Below, piece by piece: positions 24,980-38,257 of a DNA stretch of 64,000 bases; position 1 is the stretch's first letter; each line of letters opens with the position of its first letter. A program made the translations under genes and the position numbers. The notes under the pieces were generated by a model. That model was not told the origin of the DNA and did no database searches. It saw only the letters and a list, made by a program, of their open reading frames with translations. This stretch comes from Hemiscyllium ocellatum (Eukaryota), in NCBI RefSeq assembly GCF_020745735.1, contig NC_083418.1:62141776-62205775 (forward strand), read 5' to 3'.

Positions 24980-27355
24980 CATAAGACATAGGAGTGGAAG
25001 TAAGGCCATTTGGCCCATCGAGTCCACTCCGCCATTCAATCATGGCTGATGGGCATTTCAACTCCACTTACCAGCGTTCTCACCGTAGCCCTTAATTCCT
25101 CGAGACGACAAGAATCTATCAATCTCGGCCTTGAAGACATTTAGCGTCCCGGCCTCCACTGCACTCTGTGGCAATGAATTCTACAGGCCCACCACTCTCT
25201 GGCAGAAGAAATGTCTCCGCATTTCTGTTCTGAATTGACCCCCTCTAATTCTAAGGCTGTGTCCACGGGTCCTAGTCTCCTCACCTAACGGAAACAATTT
25301 CCTAGCATCCACCCTTTCCAAGCCATGTATTATCTTGTACGTCTCTATTAAGTCTCCCCTTAATCTTCTAAACTCCAACGAATACAATCCCAGGATCCTC
25401 AACCGTTCCTTATATATTAGACCTGCCATTCCAGGGATCATCCGTGTGAATCTCCGCTGGACATGTTCCAGTGCCAGTATGTCCTTCCTGAGGTGTGGGG
25501 ACCAAAACTGGACACAGTACTCCAAATGGGGCCTAACCAGAGCTTTATAAAGTCTCAGTAGCACATCGCTGCTTTTATATTCCAACCCTCTTGAGATAAG
25601 AGACAACATGGCATTCGCTTTCTTAATCACGGACTCAACCTGCATGTTTACCTTTAGAGAATCCTCGACTAGCACTCCCAGATCCCTTTGTACTTTGGCT
25701 TTACTAATTTTCTCACCATTTAGAAAGTAGTCTGTGCTTTTATTCTTTTTGCCAAAGTGCAAGACCTTGCACTTGCTCACGTTAAATTCCATCAGCCATT
25801 TTCTGGACCACTCTCCCAACCTGTCTAGATCCTTCTGTAGCCTCCCCACTTCCTCAGTACTACCTGCCTGTCCACCTAACTTTGTATCATCGGCAAACTT
25901 CGCTAGAATGCCCCCAGTCCCCTCATCCAAATCATTAATATATAATGCGAATAGCTGTGGCCCCAACGTTGAACCCTGCGGGACACCGCTCGTCACCGGC
26001 TGCCATTCTGAAAAAGAACCTTTTATCCCAACTCTCTGCCTTCTGTTAGACAGCCAATCCTCAATCCATCCCAGCAGCTCACCTCGAACACCATGGGCCC
26101 TGACCTTGCTCAGCAGCCTCCCATGTGGCACCTTATCAAAGGCCTTTTGAAAGTCGAGATAGACCACATCCAGTGGGTTTCCCTGGTCTAACCTACTTGT
26201 CACCTCTTCAAACAATTCCAACAGGTTTGTCAGGCATGACCTCCCCTTACTAAAACCATGTTGACTTGTTCTAATCAGACTCTGCTCTTCCAAGAATTTA
26301 GAAACCTCATCCTTAATGATGGATTCTAGAATTTTACCAACAACCGAGGTTAAACTAATTGGCCTATAATTTTCCATGTTTTGTCTTGATCCTTTCTTGA
26401 ACAAGGGGGTTACAACAGCCATCTTCCAATCATCCGGGACCTTTCCTGACTCCAGTGACTCTTGAAAGATCTCAACCAATGCTTCTGCTATTTCCTCAGC
26501 CACCTCTCTCAGAACTCTAGGGTGTATCCCATCGGGGCCAGGAGATTTATCAATTTTAAGACTTTTTAACTTTTCTAGCACTATCTTTTTCTAACGGCAA
26601 CCATACTCAACTCAGCCCCGTGACTCCCTTTAATTTTTGGGATATTACTCATGTCTTCCACTGTGAAAACTGACGCAAAGTACTTGTTAAGTTCTCCTGC
26701 TATTTCCTTATCTCCCATCACTAGGCTTCCTGAATCAGTTTGAAGAGGCCCAATGTCTACTTTTGCCTGTCGTTTGTTTCTTATGTACTGAAAGAAAGTT
26801 TTACTATCATTTCTAATATTACTGGCTAGCCTACCTTCATATTTGATCTTCTCATTTCTTATTACACTCTTTGTTATCCTCTGTTTGTTTTTGTATCCTT
26901 CCCAATCTTCTGATTTCCCACTATTCTTGGCCACTTTATAGGATCTCTCTTTTTCTTTAATACATTTCCTGACTTCCTTTGTCAGCCATGGTTGTCTAAT
27001 CCCTCCCCGGATAATCTTCCTTTTCTTGGGGATGAACCTCTGTACAGTGTCCTCAATTATACCAACAAACTCCTGCCATTTTTGCTCTACTGTCTTCCCG
27101 GTTAGCCTCTGCTTCCAGTCTATTTTTGTCAGTTCCTCTCTCATGCCCTCATAATTACCTTTATTTAACTGTAACACCATTACATCCGATTTTGCCTTCT
27201 CTCTTTCAAACTCCAGACTGAACTCTACCATATTATGATCGCTACTTCCTAAGGGTTCCCTTACTTTAAGATCTTTATAGAGTCTGGTTCATTGCAAAGC
27301 ACTAGGTCCAGAATAGCCTGCTCCCTTGTGGGCTCCATGACAAGCTGTTCCAAAA
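24980..27355 (-). mobile_element. CR1 LINE, 5'-truncated and fairly young
   Basis: ORF2 in two frames (216 and 466 aa) with YRPISLTSV, VYLDFQKAFDKVPH, GVPQGS and FADD; short tandem tail CATAAGACATAG at ~24980. Confidence 0.93.
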
Positions 27356-28944
27356 AACTGTTCCAGTTATGTGGTTATGGGTGCATAAACAATGATGTTC
27401 AGAAGCGAATTTCCAGATTATGATCCAGCAAAGAGAAGGAATGGTGATATAATTTCAAGTTATGATGGTGTGGGACAAGAGGAACTTGTAGGTAGTGAGG
27501 ATCACATATTTTTCTGTTCCTGTCCTTCTAAGTGTAAGGTTCTGGGTTTGGAAAGTGCTGATGAAGGACACTTGGTGAGGTGCAGCAGTGAATCTTACAA
27601 TGCTGCCACTGTGCATCTGTAATTAGGGTGTAATTGTTGAAGATGGTAGAATAGGGTGGTGTCGACCTTGTTGGAGCTGCACTCATCCAGGCAATGGAGA
27701 GTAAAGTATTCCATCATATTCTTAATTTATGCCTTATAGATTATGAACAAGCTTGAGGGAGTGGGAGGTGATTTATTTGTTGTAGAATTCCCAACCTCTG
27801 ACCTGCTATAGTCGCCAAAGTATTAATAAGGCTGTGTAATGTGGTTAAGTGAAGTTCAAATGGCTGAATTGTTTTTCATTCAATCATCTTCGCTAAAGCG
27901 GAATGTTTGAGTTAATAAACTTGCTGGTTGTGAGACTGTTGTGAAATTGCTGTCCGTCTTCATCTATTTTACAATGCTTCTGCAGTATTTAATTGTAAAG
28001 TAATTTAGAATGTGGTTGCTATATATTGTGCTTTGTTTTATTTAATGGTGCATTACCATCATATTAGAACTATTTAATAGCTGATAATTATAGTTTATGG
28101 CAATTTATGACTTGAGTTATCTTCAGCTCTGTCTTCCTGACAAAGTTGAGTAAAATGAAGCCTGTGTTTAACTTCTTCTGATTTGCTAAGACTGTTGGAG
28201 CCTGTGATGATACCCATCTCATTGCTGTGAAAAAAATATGAAGTATAGTTCTGCTATTTCTCTGCTGCTCTATATCTGATATACCTATTGTTTATTGTGA
28301 TTTTACTTGATCTAGTCTTAATATTTACTTCAGTGAGTTTTAGATTTCCACACTCCTTTAAGTTCCAATTATTCCACCTTTGGGTGAACCTTCCTATTTT
28401 TTTAAAACCTTGATCATTTTAAATGTTTCATTTCAATCATCTGTGGATGTTCAATACTCATGGAAATGAAAGCTTGGACTACTCAACCGGTCCCCTCGAT
28501 TTAACCTCTGTATTATCCTGAGAAATCTACTCTGCACCTCCTCCAATGAATATACATCCATTCTAAGATCTTCTTTGTAAAGAGCATTGTGTAATATTAA
28601 TGTAATCACCATACCTTTGCATTCCATATTTCCTTAAGTAAAGGTTAATATTCCATTAGACTCTGAAATGAGTTTTTGACCCCCTCCAGCAGTTTGCAAT
28701 TTCCATTCATGAGGACATGAATCTCCATGCTCTGCCACTACTTACTTGGAAACTAGTGATTCCTCCATTGTAATTCTTCTGGGTGAACTGTCACTTTTTC
28801 CTCATAGAACTGTTTGTCACGATTTGGGCAAAACTATCAAAGTCCCTTTGCAATGTTTCACTGCTGTCTCCAGTAATTACTGTGCCACCTAACATAATCA
28901 TTAAACTTAGATTTTGAATGCCTGATTCAACTTAAATCACTGAT

Positions 28945-29243
28945 TTAGATTAGATTACTTACAGTGTGGAAACAGGCCCTTCAGCCAACAAGTCCTCACC
29001 AACCTTCTGAAGAGCAACCCATCCTCCAACATTTACCCCTTCACCTAACACTACAGGCAATTTAGCATAGCCAATTCACCTAACCTGCACATTTTTGGAC
29101 TGTGGGAGGAAACTGGAGCACCTGGAGGAAACCCATGCAGACACGGGGAGAATGTGCAAACTCCACACAGAGTCGCCTGAGGTGGGAATTGAACCCCGGT
29201 CTCTGGCACTGTGAGGCAGCAGTGCTAACCACTGTGCCCACCT
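28945..29243 (-). mobile_element. HE1-type V-SINE
   Basis: Family similarity over the full length. Confidence 0.85.
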
Positions 29244-30242
29244 TGCCACCCAAATACCCTGAAAAACTGGCGGCACCTCTATTCAATTCCTGAAGAAAGG
29301 CTATGCTTGAAACATTGATTCTCTTGCTCCTCGGATACTGCTGGACCTGCTCTGCCACGCTTTATCAACTCTGACTCTCCAGCATCTGCAATCCTCATTT
29401 TGTCCTAATTATAGGCTTTGTCCATTCTGCGAGCCTATCTTTGCAATTTATATCACCTCACTTTTGCCTCTCTTCTGAATACATCATTGGGAAAATTAAT
29501 AAATATATAAAAATCCTAATAAAGAACTTTAGGAAATAACTGTTTACTATGACTCACTGTTTTCTGTCAAGTAATTTTATTTCTTTTAATCTAAGTTGAC
29601 ACTGACCGTCGTATTCCTGAGCCTGATATTTGTTAACCAGTTTTTGTGTTAGTTTGTCAAACATATTCTTGAAATCCATATAAACAACACCATATTCTCT
29701 TTGAGCTTATGCTTTGCATCATCAAATAATTCAAATAGATTAGACAAGCACTACTATAACCTGTAATGCCTCTCCTTAATGAAGCCATGCCAGTTCAAAG
29801 ATTGCTAATTTTTTTGATTTTAAAAACTTTATCCTAGACTAATGTCTTGGCCAATTTGTATCAATTAGAAATATCCTTTCACTCTTCCTTGTCACATTTG
29901 CCCTCTTCAGTCTTCTGGCATCTCCATCCCCTAATCTAGAGAAGAGTGAAAGATTGTGGCAAGCCCATCGGCTATTTACCCATTTCCTTTAAAATTTTGG
30001 ATGCAAACCACAAGAACCAAGTGACTTACATGACCAAAGTATAGGTAACCTTTACGTTATCACCTCTGTTTCAATTTTCACACTCTGCTTCTACCTATAT
30101 TTTGTCAGCATCCTCTTTCTCAGTACACACTGATACAAAATATTATCAAGTATTCTAATCTTACCCTCCACTATAAGTATATTAATACCCCCTTTGATTC
30201 CAGGTGAATTCTCAAGTCTTGCACCCCAACTATTTAAGTCCT

Positions 30243-31085
30243 TTTCATAGTCATACAGCACGGAAACAAACCCTTCATTTCAACCAGTCCATGCCGGACG
30301 TAATCCCACCTGCCTGCTCCTGGCTCATATCCCTCCAAACTTTCCCCATTCGTGTATTTATCCAAATGTCTTTTAAACATTGTAGGTAGACCCACATCTA
30401 TGACTTTCTCAAGCAAGTTCATTCCACACATGAACAACTCTCTATGTTAAAAAATTGTCGCTCATATCTTTTTTAAACCTCTCTTCTCTCAACATAAAAA
30501 TGTGCCCCTAGTCTTGAAATCCCTGATTCTAGACTATTACCATTAAAGACAATTACCATTAACTCTACCTATACCTCTCATTATTTTATAAATTTCTAAG
30601 ATTGCCTCAAAACCACCTACGTTTCAGTGAAAGAAGTCCCAGCCTATCCACCCTTTTTTTTGTAGCTCAAACCTTCCATCCCCAGCAACATCCTGGTAAA
30701 TCTTTCCTGAACCCCATCTAGCTTAATAATATCCTTGCTGTAACTGGGCAACCAATACTGGACACAGTATTGCAGAAGAGGCCTCACCAATGTCCTATAG
30801 AACCACAACATGCCTCCTCAACTCTTATACTCAAAAAGGACTGAGCAACGAGGGCATATGTGCCAAATGCCTTTTTAACCAGCCTGTCGACATGTGACTC
30901 AAACTTCAAAGAATTCTGTCCCTGTACCCTATGTCCCTCTGTTCTATAATGCTACCCAAGGCCCTATCATTAATTGTATAAGCCCTACCCTTGTGTGTTG
31001 TACCAAAATGCATCACCTCACATTTATTTAGATTTAACTCCATCTGCCATTTTTCAGCCATTGACCCATTTGATCAAGATCCCTT
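30243..31085 (-). mobile_element. CR1 LINE 3' fragment
   Basis: Reverse complement of the family at 9535. Confidence 0.78.
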
Positions 31086-31869
31086 TCATGTTATTCTATT
31101 CTATTCTCATTTTTTTTCCCCTAGGGTAACTGTGATTTAATTAATTGTTTCTTGATGAGCTAACAGTTTCTGAGGGAAACAGTCTGGGTTCTAAAAGAGA
31201 TTTGATAGCGAACCATATATAAGACCTGCCAGAAACATTGTAGCCCACAGAGTAAAAAGAAAGTGCTGGCATGAATACCAGTTAATAAAAGCAAATTAAT
31301 GCAGGGATTGGAAATCTTAAATAAAAATCAAAAATGCTGGAAATGTTCACTTTAGGAAAGACAAACTTTGAAGATGCAGAAAATTTACTCAATTGATTCT
31401 GGGGTAAGAAACTTCAATTATAAAGGCTGGAGAAACTGGGCATATTCTCTTTCTAGAAGATTGAGTCAAGGTTTAATATATTTGATATAGTTCTGCCAGG
31501 TCTAGACAGAATAGATAGAGAAAATGTTCCCTTGATGCTAGGATTGAGAAGGAGAAGACACCAATTTAAAGTGACATGTAGACATGAAGGAAAACTTTTC
31601 TACTTGGTGACTGATTAAGTTCTACAATGGACAGCCTGTGTGTGTGGTGGAGGCTGGACAATCGTGGCTATCCAAAGAGCATTGGATAAGTATCTGAAGA
31701 GAAAATAAGATGCAGGACTACAAGGATAGATTGGAGCTTTGGGTCTGGTTGTGCAGGTTTTGCACAGACACAACTGGCTGAATGTCACCTGTGCCATATG
31801 TTGTCACCTATCTATATGACCCCCAAATAGACTACTAACTCCTTTAAAATAAATTAATTTCCAGGCAAC

Positions 31870-33225
31870 AAATGGAAATGTCTAAAGGACAAAGCATATG
31901 TTAGGTATAGACAGGAGAAATTGAATGACTCCTTAGAGTATAAAGGCAGTAGGAGCATACTTAAGAGGGAATTCAAGAGGGCATAAAGGGGTCATGAGAG
32001 AGCTTTGGCAAATAGGGTTAAGGAGAATCCAAAGGGATTTTATCAGTACATTAAGGAAAAAAAGGTAACTCTGGAGAGAATTAGGCTGCCTTGCTGATCT
32101 TTGAGGGGCCCATGTGTAGAGCTGCAGGAGGTAGGGGAGATATTAAACAAGTATTTTGCATCAGTGTTTACTGTGGAGAAGGACATGGAAGATATAGAAT
32201 GTGGGGAAATAGGTGGTGACATCTTGAAACTTGTCCATATTACAGAGGAGGTAGTGCTGGATGTCTTGAATCGCATAAAAGTGGATAAATTCCCAGGACC
32301 TGATCAGGTATAGCCTAGAACTCTATGGGAAGCTAAGGAAGTGATTGGGCCCCTTGCTGAGATATTTGTCTCATTGATAGTCACAGATGAGGTGCCATAA
32401 GACTGGAGACTGGCTAACGTGGTACCACAATTTAAGGTGGTAAGGACAAGCCAGAACTGGTGAGTCTGCCATTGGTAGTGGGCAAGTTGTTGGAGGGATT
32501 CCTGAGGGACAGGATTTACATGTATTTGTAAAGGAGGAGAAAGTGAGGACTGCAGATGCTGGAGATCAGAGCTTAAAAATATGTTGCTGGAAAAGTGCAG
32601 CAGGTCAGGCAGCATCCAAGGAGCAGGAGAATCGACGTTTCGGGCATAAGCTCTTCTTCAGGAAAGGTTGTCAGCATGGCTTTGTGCATGGGGAATCATG
32701 TCTCACGAACCTGACTGAATTTTTTGAAGTAACAAAGAGGATTGATGAGGGCAGAGTGGTAGACGTGATCTGTGTGGACTTCAGTAAGGCATTTGACAAG
32801 GGTCCTCATGGGACACTGGTTTGCAAGGTTAGAACATGTGGAATACAGGGAGAACTAGCCATTTGGATACAGAACTGGCTTGAAGGTCAAAGACAGAGGG
32901 TGGTCGTGGAGGGTTACTTTTCAGACTGGACACATGTACTAGTAGTGTGCCATAAGGATCTGTGCTGGGTCCATTGCTTTTCATTATTTATATAAATGAT
33001 TTGGATGTTTATAAAATCATGGAAGGGCATGGATAGGGTAAATAGACAAGATCTTTTCCCTGGGTTTCGGGAGTCCAGAACACAAGCGCATGGATTTAGG
33101 ACGACAGGGGAAAGATATAAAAGGGACCTAAGAGGTAATGTTTTCACACAGGATGGTGAGTGTATGGAATGAGCTGGCAGAGGAAGTGGTAGAGGCTTCA
33201 AAGGGTATGTTTCCATGCTGTAAAT
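31870..33225 (+). mobile_element. CR1 LINE fragment with an internal deletion and a Penelope insertion
   Basis: VDKFPGPD, SCLTNLTEFF and VDFSKAFDK motifs. Confidence 0.82.
32535..32663 (-). mobile_element. Penelope pLTR fragment inserted in a CR1
   Basis: GAAAGTGAGGACTGCAGATGCTGG...GACGTTTCGGGCATAAGCTCTTCTTCAGGAA; same family as 54485 and 59658; related pieces at 21212-21260, 29285-29400 and 43380-43470. Confidence 0.7.
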
Positions 33226-33281
33226 CTCTAGGACTTGGTTTAGATTTTGAGATTTTTACAGTAGCAAACAAACTCAACATA

Positions 33282-33603
33282 GGGGCAGCATGGTGGCTCA
33301 TCGGTCAGCACTGCTGCCTCACAGCACCAGGGACCCAGGTTCGATTCCAGTCTCGGGCAACTGTCTGTGTGGAGTTTGCACATTCTCCCCGTGTCTGCGT
33401 GGTTTTCTCCTGAATACTCTGGTTTCCTCCCACAGTCCAAAGATGTGCAGGTCAGTTGAATTGGCCGTGCAAAATTGCCCATAGTGGTAGGTGCATTAGT
33501 CAAAGGGAAATGGGTGTGGTTGGGTTACTCTTCGGAGGGTCTGTGTGGACTGGTTAGGCCGAAGGGCCTGTTTCCACACTGTAGGGAATCTAATCTAATC
33601 TAA
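33282..33603 (+). mobile_element. HE1-type V-SINE
   Basis: Family similarity; AATCTAATCTAATC tail. Confidence 0.85.
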
Positions 33604-33954
33604 ATCAAACGTTACTTAGTAGTTAGCTAATACATCAATCTAAACTAAAATTACACTTTCACATGAACTAATGTAATTGCGATATATTTTGAGTCCTTTT
33701 GATGTGCACCACACATCTGGCAGAAATTTGGCATTTTGGCCACTGGTCCAAACTATCACCTGGATCTCCTCACTTTTCCCCTAACACATTAGGTTGCTAT
33801 GTTCTGGATTCACCTCAATTACTCCTTGTGTTTTCAACGCCTAAGAGTCCTGTCTATTCTGTTCCTAGTTTCCTAAAAAGAAAATAATCTCATGCTAGCA
33901 TCCTGCTTGATTGTGAACAGAAGGAGGTCTGTTGTTTCTCTGCTTGTGATAAAG

Positions 33955-34045
33955 CAAAGTTAAAAATCACACAAGACCACATTTTGGACCAGCAGGTTTA
34001 TTTGGAAGCACTAGCTTTCGGAGCACTGCTCCTTCATCAGGTGGT
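33955..34045 (-). mobile_element. Penelope pLTR 3' fragment
   Basis: AAAGTTAAAAATCACAC...TTTATTTGGAAGCACTAGCTTTCGGAGC family, also seen at 22898-23060, 47450, 49650 and 61640. Confidence 0.75.
34009..34043 (-). ncRNA. Minimal hammerhead ribozyme, intact core
   Basis: Minus strand reads CAC-CUGAUGA-A-GGAGC-AGU-GCUCC-GAAA-GCUA-GUG. Confidence 0.75.
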
Positions 34046-34249
34046 TATGTAAAGCAGCTATCCTTTTTCCATGGGATACTATGTAAAGAAGTTCAGAATG
34101 TAACTTGATATTTCAGTAGGTATCTGTTTGAGACCCCCCCCCCAAAAATAAGACAACCTGAATGCACCGACTATTAAGTGTTTATTAAGATTTCATCAGC
34201 CTTTCAGAATGTTCTGATTACGTTATATTACAGTGCACATTTTATAATG

Positions 34250-34561
34250 TGGCACGGTGGCTCAGTGGTTAGCACTGCTGCCTCACAGCACCAGGGACCC
34301 GAGTTCAATTCCCGCCTCGGGCAACTGTCTGTGTGGAGTTTGCACATTCTCCTCGTGTCTACGTGGGTTTCTTCCGGGTGCTCCGGTTTCCTCCCAAAGT
34401 CCAAAGATGTGCAGGTAATGTGAATTGACCATGCTAAATTGCCCGTAGTGTTAGGGACATCATTCAGGGGTGAATGGGTCTGGGTGGGTTGCTCTACAGA
34501 AGGTCAGTGTGGGCTTGTTGGGCCGAATGGCCTGTTTCCACACTGTAGGGAATCTAATCTA
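34250..34561 (+). mobile_element. HE1-type V-SINE
   Basis: Family similarity over the full length. Confidence 0.85.
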
Positions 34562-34760
34562 AAAAAGCAGTCTTGAAACTCCTACTGTTCATGTCATCAT
34601 TCTTTGATTCTATAGACACTGGGGCAACTCTGTTCCTGATACAATGCTGTGGAATTTTTGAACATCGAAGTATGCAGGCAAATAAGGCCTTGGTTTAACA
34701 TCTGTCAGGAAAACCTCTGATGCAGCACTCCCCTCAGCCTCAAGTGGACACAATATTTTT

Positions 34761-34925
34761 ATAGGAGAAAGTGAGGACTGCTGATGTTGGACATCAGAGC
34801 TGAAAATGTGTTGCTGGAAAAGTGCAGCAGGTCAGGCAGCATCCAAGGAGCATGCCCGAAACGTCGATTCTCCTGCCCCTTGAATGCTGCCTGACCTGGT
34901 GCGCTTTTCCAGCAACACATTTTCA
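34761..34925. mobile_element. Penelope-derived hairpin mini-element lacking the CUGANGA core
   Basis: Inverted arms; 11-bp TSD ACAATATTTTT at 34750-34760 and 34926-34936. Confidence 0.78.
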
Positions 34926-35214
34926 ACAATATTTTTGTAATGTAGCTTCAACATATAATTTCATGACTCTGTGCCAATGCTAACTATCTTATTGAAATGT
35001 TATAATTTTTATTATCTCACTTGCACAGGTTGCTTCCTCAAAATGTTGCTGTTATTTCTGTAGGTTTTCATTATGCAATTGAGTTCCATTAACTCTTTAA
35101 TATATGTAGCTATTGTATTTAGGGCTATGGAGACAATGGCTCGTTATCTTGAAACTGTTTTGTTTTATTGTACATTTGTGGTGTAAAATTCTTGTCGTTG
35201 TGCTTTCATTATAG

Positions 35215-35277
35215 GTCCTGCTGGTGGTGCTGTGGCCTCTCAGACCAGGTTTGAGGGATCCGTTTCTGATTCTCGGC
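35215..35277 (+). CDS. NDUFS3: NDUFS3 exon 2
   Basis: ttatag|...C|gtaagt; 63 nt, phase 1/1, GPAGGAVASQTRFEGSVSDSR(P). Confidence 0.82.
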
Positions 35278-35830
35278 GTAAGTAAAGGCCAAGTTTCATT
35301 TCAGTTGTATGTGAGTTGCATAATGACCCTATTTATGACATGAGTTTCCTACGATATGTGTAATTTTAAAGTGAATATAAATATTACTCTTCTTATTTGA
35401 AAGAGACCAAAACTGCAAGTAGTGTGTCCACTGTGGGGAAGAGAGTTACCTTGCTTCTCATTTTCAGGCTACACCACGAGTGTAAAAATCAAAACAAGGG
35501 CCAAATGTGTAAGCTTTTCCTGTGTCCGTACACAGTCTGTCCTTCAGCTTGTTCTCGGCTGTGCCTCCTCATAGTGCTGTATGAAAACTGGGTCCCTCTC
35601 GGTCCCAGGCTAAAATATCAGAGAAACCTGGATTGAATTTGGCCCAAGATATACAGTATGAATGCCTGTGAACATGGTCACACCTGATACTTGTGAAACC
35701 ATCTTTCACCTATGGACAGATAGATTCACTTCCTTATGGATACCTCACAAAGAGAGACAGTGAAGCATAAGGGAACAAGTCCTGATTAAATGCTTGGAGT
35801 GGGGCCCAAAGATTACTGATGTCTAATTCT

Positions 35831-36481
35831 TGTCAATTTATGGACCAGGCCAGACTCCCTCAAAACATTTCAAGGAAGTGGTCCAGACCCTAACTTTGTT
35901 AGTTGTTTTGAGCGGGTGTAAAGTGGATATTCCAGAAGAGATGCCGCTGGTCACACTGCATAGTTTTAAATAAAACAGAATTTATTTACAAGATTACTGA
36001 ATGAAGCACAAACTAAAGAGGTTAAATACAGAATTTCTTATCTTATCTGAAAACCCAATGAATTATCCCAACTTAGATCATGCTGTTCCACATACTTGCA
36101 ACAATCCCCTTTGGCACAAAAGGTAAAATCAAACATAGGGTCTTACAGGAGAGTTGTCAGAGAGAGAGGAGGATCAGCCTGGACCTGCTTCTTTAGGTCC
36201 AGCAGCTTTTTCAACTGCTTTCAGAGAAACATTTGACTGCCAAAACCAAATCAAACCAGAGAAAAGCTGAGCTGGGAGAACTGGTCACTTCCTTTTCATT
36301 GTGCAAGTGTTTTAAAAAAAAAACTTGAAAGCCTTTTGCCTGTGGCAGAATCTGTTACTTTTAATCAAATTGGCTCTAAAGCCCATCCAAACACAGAGTT
36401 TTTGAAGTCTGTGTCTTTACGACCTCTCTGAAACAAAAACCAAGGACAACATAACTTTGTTAAAGGAGCAGCATCGTCACA
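35831..36481 (-). mobile_element. Possible solo LTR
   Basis: About 650 bp with TGT...ACA ends and AATAAA on minus; no clean TSD seen. Confidence 0.4.
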
Positions 36482-37564
36482 ACCATTCTGGCAACTCTGA
36501 CAAGCAAGTCAATGCGAAAGTAGTGCTTTGGATTGTTTTGGACCTAAACAAGGGGGTGGAGGTGGAGTTCGAGGTGGGAGCAAGGACGTTCAGTGAGCTG
36601 TGGGCCTTTGTTAATTTTGCTCAGGCTTATGCTTAGGCGGAATAATTAACTTCCATTGTGCGCACACCTTTCAGCAAAATACAAATCATCATGATGGACA
36701 ACTACCAAGGGCTCAGAAAAAACACCAAATAACCAAGTGTTCAGGGTCAGAGAAGTCACACTTTTTGAACTGATAGTTCTTAGTACAGATTTGATCAGAA
36801 CTTTTTGACATTTGAAATGCTTAACTTGAGGCATTTCTTCCATCATTGTTTAGCATGAGTGCATTGCTGGCAAGGTTGCCTTTATTTCCTTAGTTGCCTT
36901 TGAGACAATACCACCTTGAACTCTGCAGTCAATGTTCTACGTATCCATGCTATCCTTTCTGAGACAGTGTTCCAATATTTTGACCCAGTGACAATAAAGA
37001 TTAAGTTGTGTGTCCAGGTCAGAGTGCTGTGTGCCATGGAGCAGAGTCTAACAGTCTTGGTGTTCCCTTATTCTTCGATGTGGATCATAAATTTGATATG
37101 TCCTGCAGATTTAATACTTATTTAATTTGTGCTTTGCATCCTTAGTAGCCCACCTACAGTGTGTTCTATCTGTGATGGAGAAAGTGGATATTTGACTGCA
37201 GAGGGTGCCAAACAAGAGAAGTGTTTTGATCCAGGTGGTCTGGTAACATTTGAATAGTGTTAGTGCTGCAACTGTTCTGATGTGGAGAATATTCCTTCAA
37301 TCTCCTTACCTATGTCTAATTGTTAATGGAATAGCTTTGGGGATCAGGAGGTGGGACACTAACAACAGAATACTCTGCATATGACTTGTTTGAGCAGCTA
37401 TGTTATTTATTGCTACTTAGGTCACTTATAAAACTTTACAATCTGTTTATATTACCATTTCCTTCCAAATGAAGCAAGAAATATGAGCTTTCTTAATGGT
37501 AGATAATATCATAGGGAATGCATCAGTGAAATTTAATGTAGCAGTGTTACACTTTTCCTTGCAG

Positions 37565-37662
37565 CTACTGTCCGACCAAGGAATGAACTACAGCACAGCC
37601 AGCTCTCTGCATTTGGTGAATATGTTGCTGAAATTCTTCCCAAATATGTCCAACAGGTGCAG
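37565..37662 (+). CDS. NDUFS3: NDUFS3 exon 3
   Basis: 98 nt, [32 protein letters not shown]; AG/GT boundaries. Confidence 0.95.
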
Positions 37663-38107
37663 GTAAGTGTGTCAGAATGATACCAAAACATAAATCGAGT
37701 TGTTGAGTTTTATAAATCCAATCAAATATCCGATATTGGAATTTAGTACTATCCCACCACAGAAGTGATTGTTAAATAGGAGGCAATCGTCATTTAAAAT
37801 AACAAGCAGGGTTTTTCATCCAAGCAATGTTTTGAAGATGTCTCACTGTCATTATTGTGCAAATATTAGATGTGGAGAGCTGTTTTTAAAAAAAAAAATC
37901 CTTTCCTAATTCCTTCAATTTGTTTTATTTAACCCCTAAATATATCCAATGGCCAAAGTAATGGTGATAAACTGAAAGGGAAAATAATTTTTTGCCATTA
38001 ATTTGTTTCATTTGTTTGTTATTATATACTGTCTTAGGTTATGCTGTCATGATTTTATGAAGCCTGTATGTGAATATGATATCTGTTTGCTTTGTCTTTT
38101 AAAACAG

Positions 38108-38257
38108 GTAACATGTTTCAACGAGTTGGAGGTTTTTATCCATCCAGATGGCATAATACCAGTGATGACGTTCCTCCGAGATCATACCAATGCTCAGTTT
38201 AAATCTCTTGTAGATGAAACTGCCGTTGATATCCCTTCTCGTCAGTTTAGATTTGAG
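38108..38257 (+). CDS. NDUFS3: NDUFS3 exon 4
   Basis: 150 nt, [50 protein letters not shown]. Confidence 0.95.

Noticed and set aside
19198-35220. Identical ATAG|GTCCTG acceptors in KBTBD4 exon 2 and NDUFS3 exon 2
   Set aside because: Only 10 bp match, part of it is splice consensus, and there is no further similarity.
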